From assembly GCA_002269645.1 (NCBI GenBank), contig NIVC01000164.1:62001-126000 (forward strand): a DNA stretch of 64,000 nt, given 5' to 3'. The position numbers and the translations under genes were made by a program. The notes below the pieces were generated by a model. It worked only from the letters and a program-made list of their open reading frames with translations, had not been told where the DNA came from and did no database searches. This stretch comes from Macrostomum lignano. Taxonomy: Eukaryota. Of this stretch, positions 26,450 through 37,300 are shown one piece after another (the stretch's first letter is position 1; every line of letters begins with the position of its first letter).

Positions 26450-28200
26450 GAACTGATGGGTTCGGCCTTTTTTAGCCTATAGCTTCGGGCCTCGAACTCA
26501 GAAATGAATCACTAAGAGCTCTGGCCTCTCACCTGTCAGATGGTCAGCCCCGTGGTAGCTAGATTGTGGGCGAGCAGCAAGGTCCTATAGCTAGGAGAAG
26601 AAAGCGAGAGACAACCAGGGAGAATTCGAAAGGTAGAAATTAGTTAATCCGCAGATTAATTAACTAACTCGCTGCCACCAGTCCGTGCGCCCCGGCTCAC
26701 CAAACCGGAGCTATCGAAATCGGACTTCCGACTAGAGGGGCACTGCACTTACCTGCCATCTAGTGTCTTTTAGCTGTCTAAATCTCGAAGTCATAGCCGA
26801 ATACGACGTAGAAGGGACGCTGCTGGGACTAAGATCGCATTGGCCATGCAGGGACAGAGAGGACTTCTGCAGGGGGTTCTTGCGCTGGCGAGCCTTTATA
26901 CACTGCTGAAAGTACTGTTTCATTACCAAATTCCCAGAAGTACATGTATAAGTACACGTAACTGCACGCTTTTGGCACTAAATGTGTTAACACGTCGACA
27001 GATAGCGATGATGTAAGACTAATATTTAACTTACTTTAGCCGCTTAGCTGCCTGAGACTGCTCTAAAGCACAAGTCTGGCACTTAATTTGCATGCTTAAC
27101 ATAATGATTTCTTAGATTGACTGATTGACTGGGAACCGTGCCGCTTCCGGTCCGCTGTGTCCCTAGATCTAGCCGCTCATCTCAGCTGGAATTGCGAAAA
27201 AGAAAGAAAACGCTAAGTCTTTAACTTCCAGATTTAACTCTCTCACTTAATCCGCAATCCTAAACCCTTTAGATTGAGTTCGAGCAAATGACTACTTTTA
27301 ATATTAACTGACACTTCTGCCTCGAGATTGGCACACAAAAGCAAGTAAGCAGAAGTGCAAATCCTATCAGACTATCTAGAAAGGGGTCAGACAGAGGATA
27401 CACCCAGTTAAGCAGGTCAAGAAATTAAGTCTCTCACCAAACCAATCAGAGGACCTATCTGCCGGTAGCCAAGGAATCTACAGAGACCGAAGTGCTCAGA
27501 CGGAATGCTGCTGCTGATCTTAGCTGACGGGTGACGCTGTCGCTCTTCACTTGCCGGTGGTCGACGCTGCTCTTAGTTCGCGGCCGGAAAGTACTGACGA
27601 TGCCTTTCGAGGGGAAAACTTAGCTGCTGAAGCCAAGCTGCCGGGGGAAGGGGGACCAGGTGCCGAAGGGGCAGCCGGAACAAGACACCAGCAAGGCCGG
27701 AAACACCCGTAGGGTCAGGAAGCGTGTAAACTCGAGCGCGGGTCGAGTTGTCGCCTTTTATAGCTCTCACGCGGCCGATTTGTTAAAACGCACGCCGAAT
27801 TTTCTGATTGGCTGAGAGCTTTTGTTAAAATAGGCGCCGAATTTTCTGATTAGTCGAGCCGGAGGCAGTCAGGTCGACTCTGATTGGCTGAGCTCAAGAC
27901 CCCGAAACCCACCCCACCAGGTGGCCTTCAGACCCCAGGGAAGTTGACAGGTGCGGTCATAAATCATGAGCGAAACGCAATAAAAGCCCCTTGTCTAGAC
28001 ATTCTGGGGCCAAAAGTGACAGCAAAGCGCCCATAAATCAAAGGAGAAAGTAACAGAGCGAGTGGGGAGAAAGCTGGAAGGACCTCTTTGACCCAGACAG
28101 GCTGGAGCCAAAAGTGAGACCGCCATAAATCATTGAAAACAGTGAAAAAGCCGCAAATCTGGGGGTCAGTATGGGTTTTAAAACATTCTTCCCAGACTTA
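26450..28200 (-). mobile_element. Unclassified non-coding dispersed repeat of about 1.8 kb (LTR-like promoter element), copy A
   Basis: Collinear inverted homology with 43090-44975, e.g. 26821-26865 versus 44561-44605 and 26690-26780 versus 44640-44740. Has CCAAT boxes, a TATA box (27756-27762) and a conserved GTAAGT donor and polypyrimidine acceptor. No recognisable ORF. Confidence 0.65.
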
Positions 28201-28927
28201 GTGTCGCCTGTCTAGACTGTTAGAGGTCAATCCGTCTCAAACCCAGACAGTCTGACCTTCAAAGATGCGTAAACAATCCATAATTAGAATCCTATGAGAA
28301 GTACATTGAGTATTTTACATAGTTAATAGTAATGGCATAAATTAGTATAGAACTTAGCCTAGATGAGAGAATGGAGAGAAATTCCTAAGCTAGCCTACTG
28401 ACAGTAGGGGAAAAGCGCATCGAAGCAAAATGTGCGGTTCTAAGATTGAAAAAAGGTGCGTCCTCATCAGAACATTGATGTAACGGCCACTCATGCCACT
28501 ACGTATGTTTATAATAGTTCCTAGTAAAATTGTGAGCGCGTGACTGCACTGCACAAACTATTCATATATCGCTACCTGTAAATTTCAACAAAAAACTGAC
28601 CGGTTGCATGAAAAACATGTGACTAGGTCTCACTGGAACGGTATCTATGCGATTCGTGTCGGTTTTACAGAAGTCATGTACTAACAGCGCGGACGATAAG
28701 GGGATTTCTGTCACATGCAGACAGCTCTCTGACACGCCCCTCGATGAGAATACAGTAGCTATAAATCAAAATCAATCTGTACATGGTGTGGTCTCAAAGA
28801 TCTAACTGATTCGGCATATAACAGGCTTCAGTTTACGTGAGTCAATTGGCTATGACATTGATTGGTCAAACTAAGGATTTTTAGATACTGTTAATTGAAA
28901 TTTTAAATCAAATATGTAGTGCTGAAT

Positions 28928-29846
28928 TAGTTCAATCACTCTACCGATCTATCAGACATAGTTCTCTTTTAATCACTCCACCGATCCAGCAGGCATAGCT
29001 TTAGTCCAATCACTCTACCGATTCATCAGATATAGCTTTAGTCCAATCACTCTACCGATTCATCAGGCATAGCTTTAGTCCAATCACTCTACCGATTCAT
29101 CAGATATAGCTTTAGTCCAATCACTCTACCGATTCATCAAGCAAAGCTTTAGTCCAATCACTCTACCGATTCATCAGGCATAGCTTTAGTCCAATCACTC
29201 TACCGATCCATCAGGCATAGCTTTAGTCCAATCACTCTACCGATTCATCAGGCATAGCTTTAGTCCAATCACTCTACCGATCCAGAAGTTATAGCTTTAG
29301 TCCAATCACTCTACCGATCCAGAAGTTATAGCTTTAGTCCAATCACTCTACCGATCCAGAAGTTATAGCTTTAGTCCAATCACTCTACCGATTCATCAGG
29401 CATAGCTTTAGTCCAATCACTCTACCGATCCAGTAGGCATAGCTTTAGTCCAATCACTCTACCGATCCAGCAGGCATAGCTTTAGTCCAATCACTCTACC
29501 GATCCAGCAGGCATAGCTTTAGTCCAATCACTCTACCGATCCAGTAGGCATAGCTTTAGTCCAATCACTCTACCGATTCATCAGGCATAGCTTTAGTCCA
29601 ATCACTCTACCGACTCATCAGATATAGCTTTAGTCCAATCACTCTACCGATTCATCAGGCATAGCTTTAGTCCAATCACTCTACCGATTCATCAGGCATA
29701 GCTTTAGTCCAATCACTCTACCGATTCATCAGGCATAGCTTTAGTCCAATCACTCTACCGATCCAGTAGGCATAGCTTTAGTCCAATCACTCTACCGATC
29801 CAGCAGGCATAGCTTTAGTCCAATCAATCCACTGATTCATCAAGCA
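28928..29846 (+). repeat. 37-bp minisatellite (about 25 copies) directly upstream of the GH45 gene
   Basis: Unit AGCTTTAGTCCAATCACTCTACCGATTCATCAGGCAT; period confirmed at 29041 and 29078. Confidence 0.95.
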
Positions 29847-29869
29847 GGTTTTTGGCCTGTCAACGTAGC

Positions 29870-29876
29870 TATAAAG
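29870..29876 (+). promoter_or_regulatory. Candidate TATA box of the GH45 gene
   Basis: TATAAAG lies 81 nt upstream of the ATG and 24 nt after the end of the 37-bp array. Confidence 0.45.
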
Positions 29877-29950
29877 CATCGGAACCGTCAAACTATTTTT
29901 TCAAAACTCCAGAGCGCAAAACTACGTAACCGTCCAAGAGGAAATCAGAT

Positions 29951-30919
29951 ATGGCGCTAAGACACAGATGCCTACTAGTGGCTGCAGTACTGGTCCTGTG
30001 CGCAAGCTCCGTTTGGGCCAACATCAACTGGAATGGCAACAACTGGGCGCACGGCTGCGACTTTCGTAACAACGACTTGTCGAACGTGCGAATCCCTTCA
30101 GAGCAGTGCGGCGGTAGGTGCGCCAACACTCAGGGCTGCACCCATTTCACCTGGACTCAACACAATGGTGGCACCTGCTGGATGAAGCGAGGTAGCGTGT
30201 TAAAGAGCGATGCCTTCCCAACTGGTGACATGACCATGGTGTGCGGCGTTATTGAAGACAACGGTGGCGGCGGTGGCGGCGGAGGCAACAAGGTGCCAGG
30301 ATTCACCACCCGCTACTGGGACTGCTGCAAGCCCAGCTGTTCCTGGCCAGGCAAAGTGCCCGGCCATAACAAATACGTGCGCGCCTGCTATCGCGACGGC
30401 TACGGAGTGACCAGCGATCCCAACGGTGCCAGCGGCTGCAACGGCGGACCCGTGTTCGCCTGCAACAACAACAAGCCGTGGGCGGTGAGCGACCAGCTGG
30501 CCTACGGCTTCGCCGCCGCCACCATCCCCGGTCTGGACGAGAGCGGTCGCTGCTGCGCCTGTTACAAGCTGGACTTCACCAACGGCCCTGTGCAGGGAAA
30601 ATCCATGGTGGTGCAGGTCACCAACAGCGGAGGCGACGTGCACCCGAACCAGTTCGACTTGCAAATCCCAGGCGGCGGTGTCGGCATTTTCAACGGCTGC
30701 AGCGCGCAGTGGAACGCGGGGCCAGACGGCTGGGGCCAGCGCTACGGCGGAGTGTCGAGACGGAGCGAGTGCGGCTCTCTGCCGGCGCAAATTCGCGACG
30801 GCTGCTACTGGCGATTCGACTGGTTCAGGGGGGCCGACAACCCCGCCATGGTGTACTTGAGGGTCCGCTGCCCGGACGCTCTCGTCGCTATCAGCGGCTG
30901 CAGGCGAGATGACGACTGA
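29951..30919 (+). CDS. Secreted endo-beta-1,4-glucanase: signal peptide, PAN/Apple domain, Gly linker, GH45 (subfamily A-type) catalytic domain
   Basis: Intronless, 322 aa. Contains TTRYWDCCKPSCSW (catalytic base Asp), VVQVTNSGGD, QFDLQIPGGGVG (catalytic acid Asp), GWGQRYGG and GCYWRFDWF. The N-terminal domain has 6 Cys (GCDF..CGGRC..GCTHFTW..GTCWMK..VCG). Confidence 0.93.
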   Translation: MALRHRCLLVAAVLVLCASSVWANINWNGNNWAHGCDFRNNDLSNVRIPSEQCGGRCANTQGCTHFTWTQHNGGTCWMKRGSVLKSDAFPTGDMTMVCGVIEDNGGGGGGGGNKVPGFTTRYWDCCKPSCSWPGKVPGHNKYVRACYRDGYGVTSDPNGASGCNGGPVFACNNNKPWAVSDQLAYGFAAATIPGLDESGRCCACYKLDFTNGPVQGKSMVVQVTNSGGDVHPNQFDLQIPGGGVGIFNGCSAQWNAGPDGWGQRYGGVSRRSECGSLPAQIRDGCYWRFDWFRGADNPAMVYLRVRCPDALVAISGCRRDDD

Positions 30920-31004
30920 TTAGAACTCAGTTTACTGGAACGGCACTAAGCCATGGGCAACTGAAAAAGATCAAGAACGTTAAACTCGCGAGTCTTAACT
31001 AAGC

Positions 31005-31395
31005 TAGGTAGAGAGGGTAGAGAGAGGGGAGATGAGAGAGGAGGGTGGAGAGCAGGGGAGAGAGGGGAGACAGGGGAGATGAGAGAGGAGGGTGGAGAGC
31101 AGGGGAGAGAGGGGAGACAGGGGAGATGAGAGAGGAGGGTGGAGAGCAGGGGAGAGAGGGGAGACAGGGGAGATGAGAGAGGAGGGTGGAGAGCAGGGGA
31201 GAGAGCGGAGATGAGAGAGGAGGGTGGAGAGCAGGGGAGAGAGGGGAGAGAGGGGAGATGAGAGAGGAGGGTGGAGAGAAGGGGAGAGAGGGGAGATGAG
31301 AGAGGAGGGTGGAGAGAAGGGGAGAGAGGGGAGATGAGAGAGGAGGGTGGAGAGCAGGGGAGAGAGGGGAGATGAGAGAGGAGAGCTGAGAAGAG
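31005..31395. repeat. GA-rich minisatellite downstream of GH45
   Basis: Unit approximately GAGATGAGAGAGGAGGGTGGAGAGCAGGGGAGAGAGGG. Confidence 0.9.
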
Positions 31396-33018
31396 ACACA
31401 AACCCTAAGCTAGCCGGATTGCTATCGTGAAGTTTCAAAGGACTCGAGGTCCGGATAGAGTGATATAGGAGCGTAGAAAGATCTGAAGTTTTCAGTGTTT
31501 GTGCACTAAATTAACAGCTTTATCAACCTTCAGAATGCAAAACTAGTCAAGTATGTGCTTTTTGACCTTTAAAAGCAAAAAAAATTTGCAGCAATGACCG
31601 GCCTCCAGTAAGATTTGCAGGATTCGCGACTTTAGTGTCCTGTTTTAGCTGTTCATCATCATGGAGCTGTTTTGATCAGAAACCAAATACAAATTGAAAA
31701 GCACGCATTAAGGGATTATTGGTGCAACTACGTGTACGAGATATAAGTTCTTTTATCAGGTGATTCGAAGCTACATAACAGCTTGATAGCGATCAATTTG
31801 AATCAATTCGATACTTTAATTGGTCCGATTAGTTTCTCTCGTCAGTCATTAGGCACCTAAAACACTCAAGCATATTGGCGCACGTGAAACCAAACACCAG
31901 GTGCGCTATTTCTGTTTACATTAGCAGCATTTCCATGGTTGTAATTACCGATAGGCTATCGGGTTCAAACTTTTTAAGCGATATGCATCACAGTGGCAAA
32001 GTACAAGTCGAGTGATTGCGCAATATTAAAATTGAACTATTAACCATTAGATAATTATCGCACAGAAGAAGTTTTTAGACGTTTCAGTTTCAATGCGTAA
32101 GTTGCAGTTTTAATTGGAAGATTACTTTCGAAATTGCAAACCCCCTGCACCCTGCGCGCACCTTGACGCAGATGCTCAGCACGAGGGCAGTGACTCACTT
32201 GCAGGCATGTACTCTCTGAGCCTTGGGGATAATTATATCTGGCCCTCACGAGTGCATCTCTCAGTAGGTGATTAACTTGCACGAGCTACTTTAGCGCGAC
32301 AGCCAATAGCGTCAGAGCTGTGCCACGTTGCCACCCCAAACTAATGCAGCGACTGAAAGACTGTCCAGTCTTTAAAAGCAGGTAAAAATTGACTCAGACT
32401 AACACAATCAACTCAGGATCGGTTGCGAAATACTACTAATTCTAGTTTATCCTTACCGAGAGTCAACCACAAAAACTTGGTAAGTTGCTGTCAAGATCTT
32501 TGCTCTGGTTTCGTTTAGGTAGGGCCTACGAGAATCTGAACTGCGGCCATTAAAGGCTACACCCGCCGACTGGCTCCTATTTCATCAAGCTTCTAAAAAT
32601 CTAAAATCCCTTTAGTGAGTGTCAAATTTGTGAGTGCCAAATTCGTCCCTTGCATCCTTGGGCTAGAGAGTCTGGAGTGAAGTGTGCTCCTTCAGTAGAA
32701 CATGCGCTCATAAAAATCCGCTAAACTAAAAATGGTTTCTAGGTACGAGGGGTAGGTATATCTATCTACCATTCTAACTCTTTATTTTCTAATTCTACCT
32801 GCACAGTACGCTACGAGTACAAACATTTATGAGCTCTCCTTAGGTCACCAAGTCTCTCACACTCCTTAAGGAGCCTCTTGGCTCTTAATTTACTCGGTTC
32901 TGTCGCACAAAAACGCCATTTTACGAGCTGGGAGACCGGACACAGCTGTAGCTGTATATCAGTAATCGGAAGCTGTACTATACCTACCTACGATCTATTA
33001 GCAAAGCAGAGCGCAGTG

Positions 33019-33336
33019 ATGGCCGGCCGTATCAGCTCGTTGAAGGTTCTACTGGTGTTCGCGGGTCTCCTTTGCGCCGTGTCAACTCAAGTAGAGGCTC
33101 GACGCATCCGCTGGAACGGCAACTGGGCGTTCGGTTGCGACTTCTACAACCGCGATCTGAAGAATGAGCGGATGCCCGGCGAGCAGTGCGGTGGCGCCTG
33201 CGCCCGAACCCACCGCTGCACCCACTTCGCCTGGACCCGCTACAACGGCGGCACCTGCTGGATGAAGTTCGGCAGCGTGACTAAGAGTGACGCCTTCTCA
33301 ACCGGAGACAACACGATGGTGTGCGGCGTTGTCTAA
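33019..33336 (+). CDS. Secreted stand-alone PAN/Apple-domain mini-protein (105 aa), paralogue of the GH45 N-terminal module
   Basis: Signal peptide MAGRISSLKVLLVFAGLLCAVSTQVEA, then a 6-Cys domain that is 56/76 identical (hand alignment) to the GH45 module. The stop follows immediately after VCGVV. Confidence 0.85.
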   Translation: MAGRISSLKVLLVFAGLLCAVSTQVEARRIRWNGNWAFGCDFYNRDLKNERMPGEQCGGACARTHRCTHFAWTRYNGGTCWMKFGSVTKSDAFSTGDNTMVCGVV

Positions 33337-34376
33337 AAAACTGAACTGTTGCAGCCCCGATCCGAGCCAGGTTCTACGACTGTTTTAAGACTCTCTGTAA
33401 CAGCTGTGACACTTGCTAATTTTTACTGTTGTAACAAAATAATCCTGAATAATCTAAACAAATAAACAGCATCGGTAAATTTTATCGGCTCTTGTAATCG
33501 ATAAATTAAACAATAAATATTTGACTTTTTTAAGTACAATTTTCTATTAAGATAAAATGTCGAACCATAAATCAGATGATGCATAAATTAATCCAGCTTG
33601 TTTATTTACCAGTATGTAAAACACATATTAATCAATAGCGGGGTTCAGAAGCATATTACAAGTATAATATAACGAGACTTAAGCAAAGACCTGACAAGAC
33701 TTTATGGAAAATTATTAAACCGCTAACCAGAGAGCAATGCCAAAATTTCCAAGCTTAAACACATACCGCTGTTAGTAGCGAGTTGCGCTTATTATAAAGC
33801 ATGTAATTAAAAAACGACCTAAAAAAGCTACAAATAGTGTTCATACATAGCTTTTAGTTTGGTCTTGCCAAGTTTTGCTCCCATTAAAACACAGACTGTC
33901 ACGAGATTCGCAAGCGGCACACTAAATATCGATTCGAGTAAATACCTTAAACTCTTATAATAGACTGCAACACCCAATATAATTGATGCAAAGATAATAG
34001 CATTAGACAGCAGTGATGTATATTTAGTAGGCAACCCAGTTTACCATGAGCATAAGAGCTTAGAAGTAATATAATATCACTTTCACCAATAAACACGCGC
34101 TCTGCAAATCTGATTTTATCAAGAAGATAATAAATAGCAAATGGCGAGTTTCAATTTCTTAATGATGTAGGAAATTCCAGAACCATTCTATAGCCATAGG
34201 TTGGAAAAATTCCACCCTATTGTCATCCGCTGGGACCGAGTAAAACACAGACGTCATTCGGTCTAATAACTATATATTTTTAAAATAGTATTAAAAACTC
34301 GCAGCTTGCCTACTAATTGCCCCAGGAAGAGTAGTGTAAATCGCGCATGAACGCTAAACTACGAATTTCAATAAAC

Positions 34377-37300
34377 TCAAGCCTTAGCAGCAGCGCCAGA
34401 CGACGCTGGCGGCCTCAGCAGCAGCTCGGCGGTCAGCCGACGAACTTCAACAGATTCGCCAGCCGCGGCAGACGGCAGCACAATATTGCGAAATTCGTAG
34501 CTCAATTCTAGACGGACGCCTTCCCTAGCGGCCAGCTGTCTGGCGCAGCGCAGTCGAGCGAGAAGGCCCAGCCTGCCGGGGCCGCGGAAGGCCACCTCAT
34601 CGGGCCTGTCCGGCTCCGAGCTCGGCGACTGGGCGCCGGCAGCGGCTAGGGGATCGTCGAGGTCTAAGGCGGCGTCGCCGCAGGGTCCGAGGCTGAACTC
34701 GCGGTCTGGCAGGGCTAGCCGGCTGTCCAGGCAGCGCAGACGGACTCCGGTGGGCTTGGAGGCCGGGTTGGTGAGCAGCAGGGTCAGCTGGCAGCTGAGC
34801 GGAGGGGGGGGTTGGCCGAGGATCAGCAAGTGTTAGGGAGAGTTGCACACGGTAAAATCCCCATAGAGGCTTATCTACTCGTAAATCCCAGTGCCCGAAT
34901 CAACCCAAGCAAAACTAACTTCTTCGTCTAATTTTTTCCCAAACTGAAATTCCTATTTGACACATTAAACCCAATATGAAATCCTCATCCAGCACTGCAT
35001 TGATCCTCAAACTGAAATCCCTAACCCACACTATACTATCTCATAAACTGAAATCTCCATTTTACACTATATTTATCCCACAAACTGAAATCCCCATTCC
35101 ACATTATATTTATCCCACAAACTGAAATCCCAAACTCACACAATACATATCCCAAAAAATCCCCATCCCACACTATACATATCCCAAAAAATCCCCATCC
35201 CACACTATACATATCCCAAAAAATCCCCATTCCACACTATACTTATCCCAAAAAATCCCCATCCCACATATTGATCCCCAAATAAAAATTTCCTCCGGCC
35301 CCAATTTCGATGACCTGCGCAACACACTCACCAGTCGTCGCCCTCTCCGCCCTCTCCATCTCCCACGCTGTACAGGCGCATCTCGGGCACATTGTAAAGG
35401 GCGCACAGGTTAATTTTAAACTTAGGCGCGGCCGGATTCAGCTCTGGCTTGCTCAAATTGTGATCGCACTGGCGACAGCGAAGCGACCGTTTGCACAGCA
35501 CCGGCTTGCTGATGGGAGCGAGCTGGCTGCTGCGCTCCGGCTGGATCTCCGGGTCGGCGAGGCGCTGCAGCAGGCTGCTGCGGGTATGCAGCCCCGGCGC
35601 CAGCGGCGACTGCTCGGGCACCGGCGGCAGCCAGTAGGCTTCGTCCAGATCGTCTGGGGGGTCCTCGGTGGCTTGAGCTTCGGGTATGTCCACAGTTTGA
35701 GGCCTGTGGTTAAGTGGTTAATGAAGTGGCTGTTCGTTCAGCTAGGCTTTTAGGTTCGCTTTTTACAAGCTCGAAACTTTTACAAGCTCGAAAATTCACA
35801 ATCTCGAACCTTCACAATCTCGAAGCTTCACAATCTCGAAGCTTCACAAGCTCGAAACTTTACAATCTCGAAACTTCACAATCTCGAAACTTCACTAGCT
35901 CGAAACTTTACAATCTCGAAACTTCACAATCTCGAAGCTTCACAAGCTCGAAACTTCTACAATCTCGAAGATTCACAAGCTCGAAACTTCACAAGCTCGA
36001 AGTTTCACAAGCTCGAAACTTCACAATCTCGAAGCTTCACAAGCTCGAAACTTCACAATCTCGAAGCTTCACAATCTCGAAGATTCACAAGCTCGAAACT
36101 TCACAATCTCGAAGCTTCACAAGCTCGAAGCTTCACGAGCTCAAAACTTCACAGGCTCGAAACTTCACAATCTCGAAGCTTCAAAGCTCGAAGCTTCACA
36201 ATCTCGAAGTTTCACAATCTCGAAGCTTCACAAGCTCGAAACTTCACAAGCTCGAAGTTTCACAATCTCGAAGCTTCACAATCTGGAAGATTCACAAGCT
36301 CGAAACTTCACAATCTCGAAGCTTCACAAGCTCGAAGCTTCACGAGCTCGAAACTTCACAGGCTCGAAACTTCACAATCTCGAAGCTTCAAAGCTCGAAG
36401 CTTCACAATCTCGAAGTTTCACAATCTCGAAGCTTCACAAGCTCGAAGCTTCACAAGCTCGAAACTTCACAAGCTCGAAGTTTCACAATCTCGAAGCTTC
36501 ACAATCTCGAAGCTTCACAAGCTCGAAGCTTCACAATCTCGAAGCTTCACAATCTCGAAGCTTCACAAGCTCAAAATTTTACAAGCTCGAAACTTCACAA
36601 GCTCGAACTTTTTGCAAGCTCGAAACTTTTAACGATGCAAAATTCCGAGTTTGTCAAGTTTCGAGTATACAAAATATCGAGCTTGTGAAAATGTGAAAGA
36701 TTCTGTTTTTTGACGATGTGAAATCTCAATACGCTGAAATGAATGTTTGCGTTCGAATTTGACTGTCTGCAGCACGTTTAAGATTGCAATCGCAATTCGC
36801 ACATCAACTCTGATTGCAGCTGCTTAGATTGAAAGTAAAAAACTCCTTTTCTACTGTTAAAGAGAAAAGTACGAGTAATGAAAATCTAATTCAGTAAAAA
36901 CTAAATACATAAAATTCAAGCATGCATAAAAAACTTCCTCAATTATCTCATGCACTACTTATTACTTGAATTGAAAGTAGTAAAAAAACAATTAATAAAA
37001 AATAGTTCTTATAAATTATAATAAATCATAAACAGTTTTAACCTGTTATTAGCTTCGTCATCGAATAGCGGTACAAGCTTGAATCTGAAGTTTGATTTTG
37101 CTTAAATATTTGTCTAGTACGGGGCTGTGCCAAACAAAAACTGCCAAATAAGTAGTGTATGGTTAGCAGATCAACTTTTAAAGCCGGATCTTTACAATAG
37201 CAAGACGACACAATGCAAGTTCTGCGGATACACAAGGGGCACCAGTGACCCCTCAAACATACACAATGGGGCAGCACTGCAGCAGTGACCCCCCCCCAAA

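Noticed and set aside
28928-29846. Regular arrays resembling CRISPR (also 38205-38575 and 54228-54680)
   Set aside because: They are head-to-tail units without unique spacers, there are no cas genes, and the context is eukaryotic.
29951-30919. High GC of GH45 as evidence of HGT
   Set aside because: Native exons (DCTN4 exon 5, CERK-like exons) are similarly GC-rich, so composition is uninformative and only phylogeny can decide.
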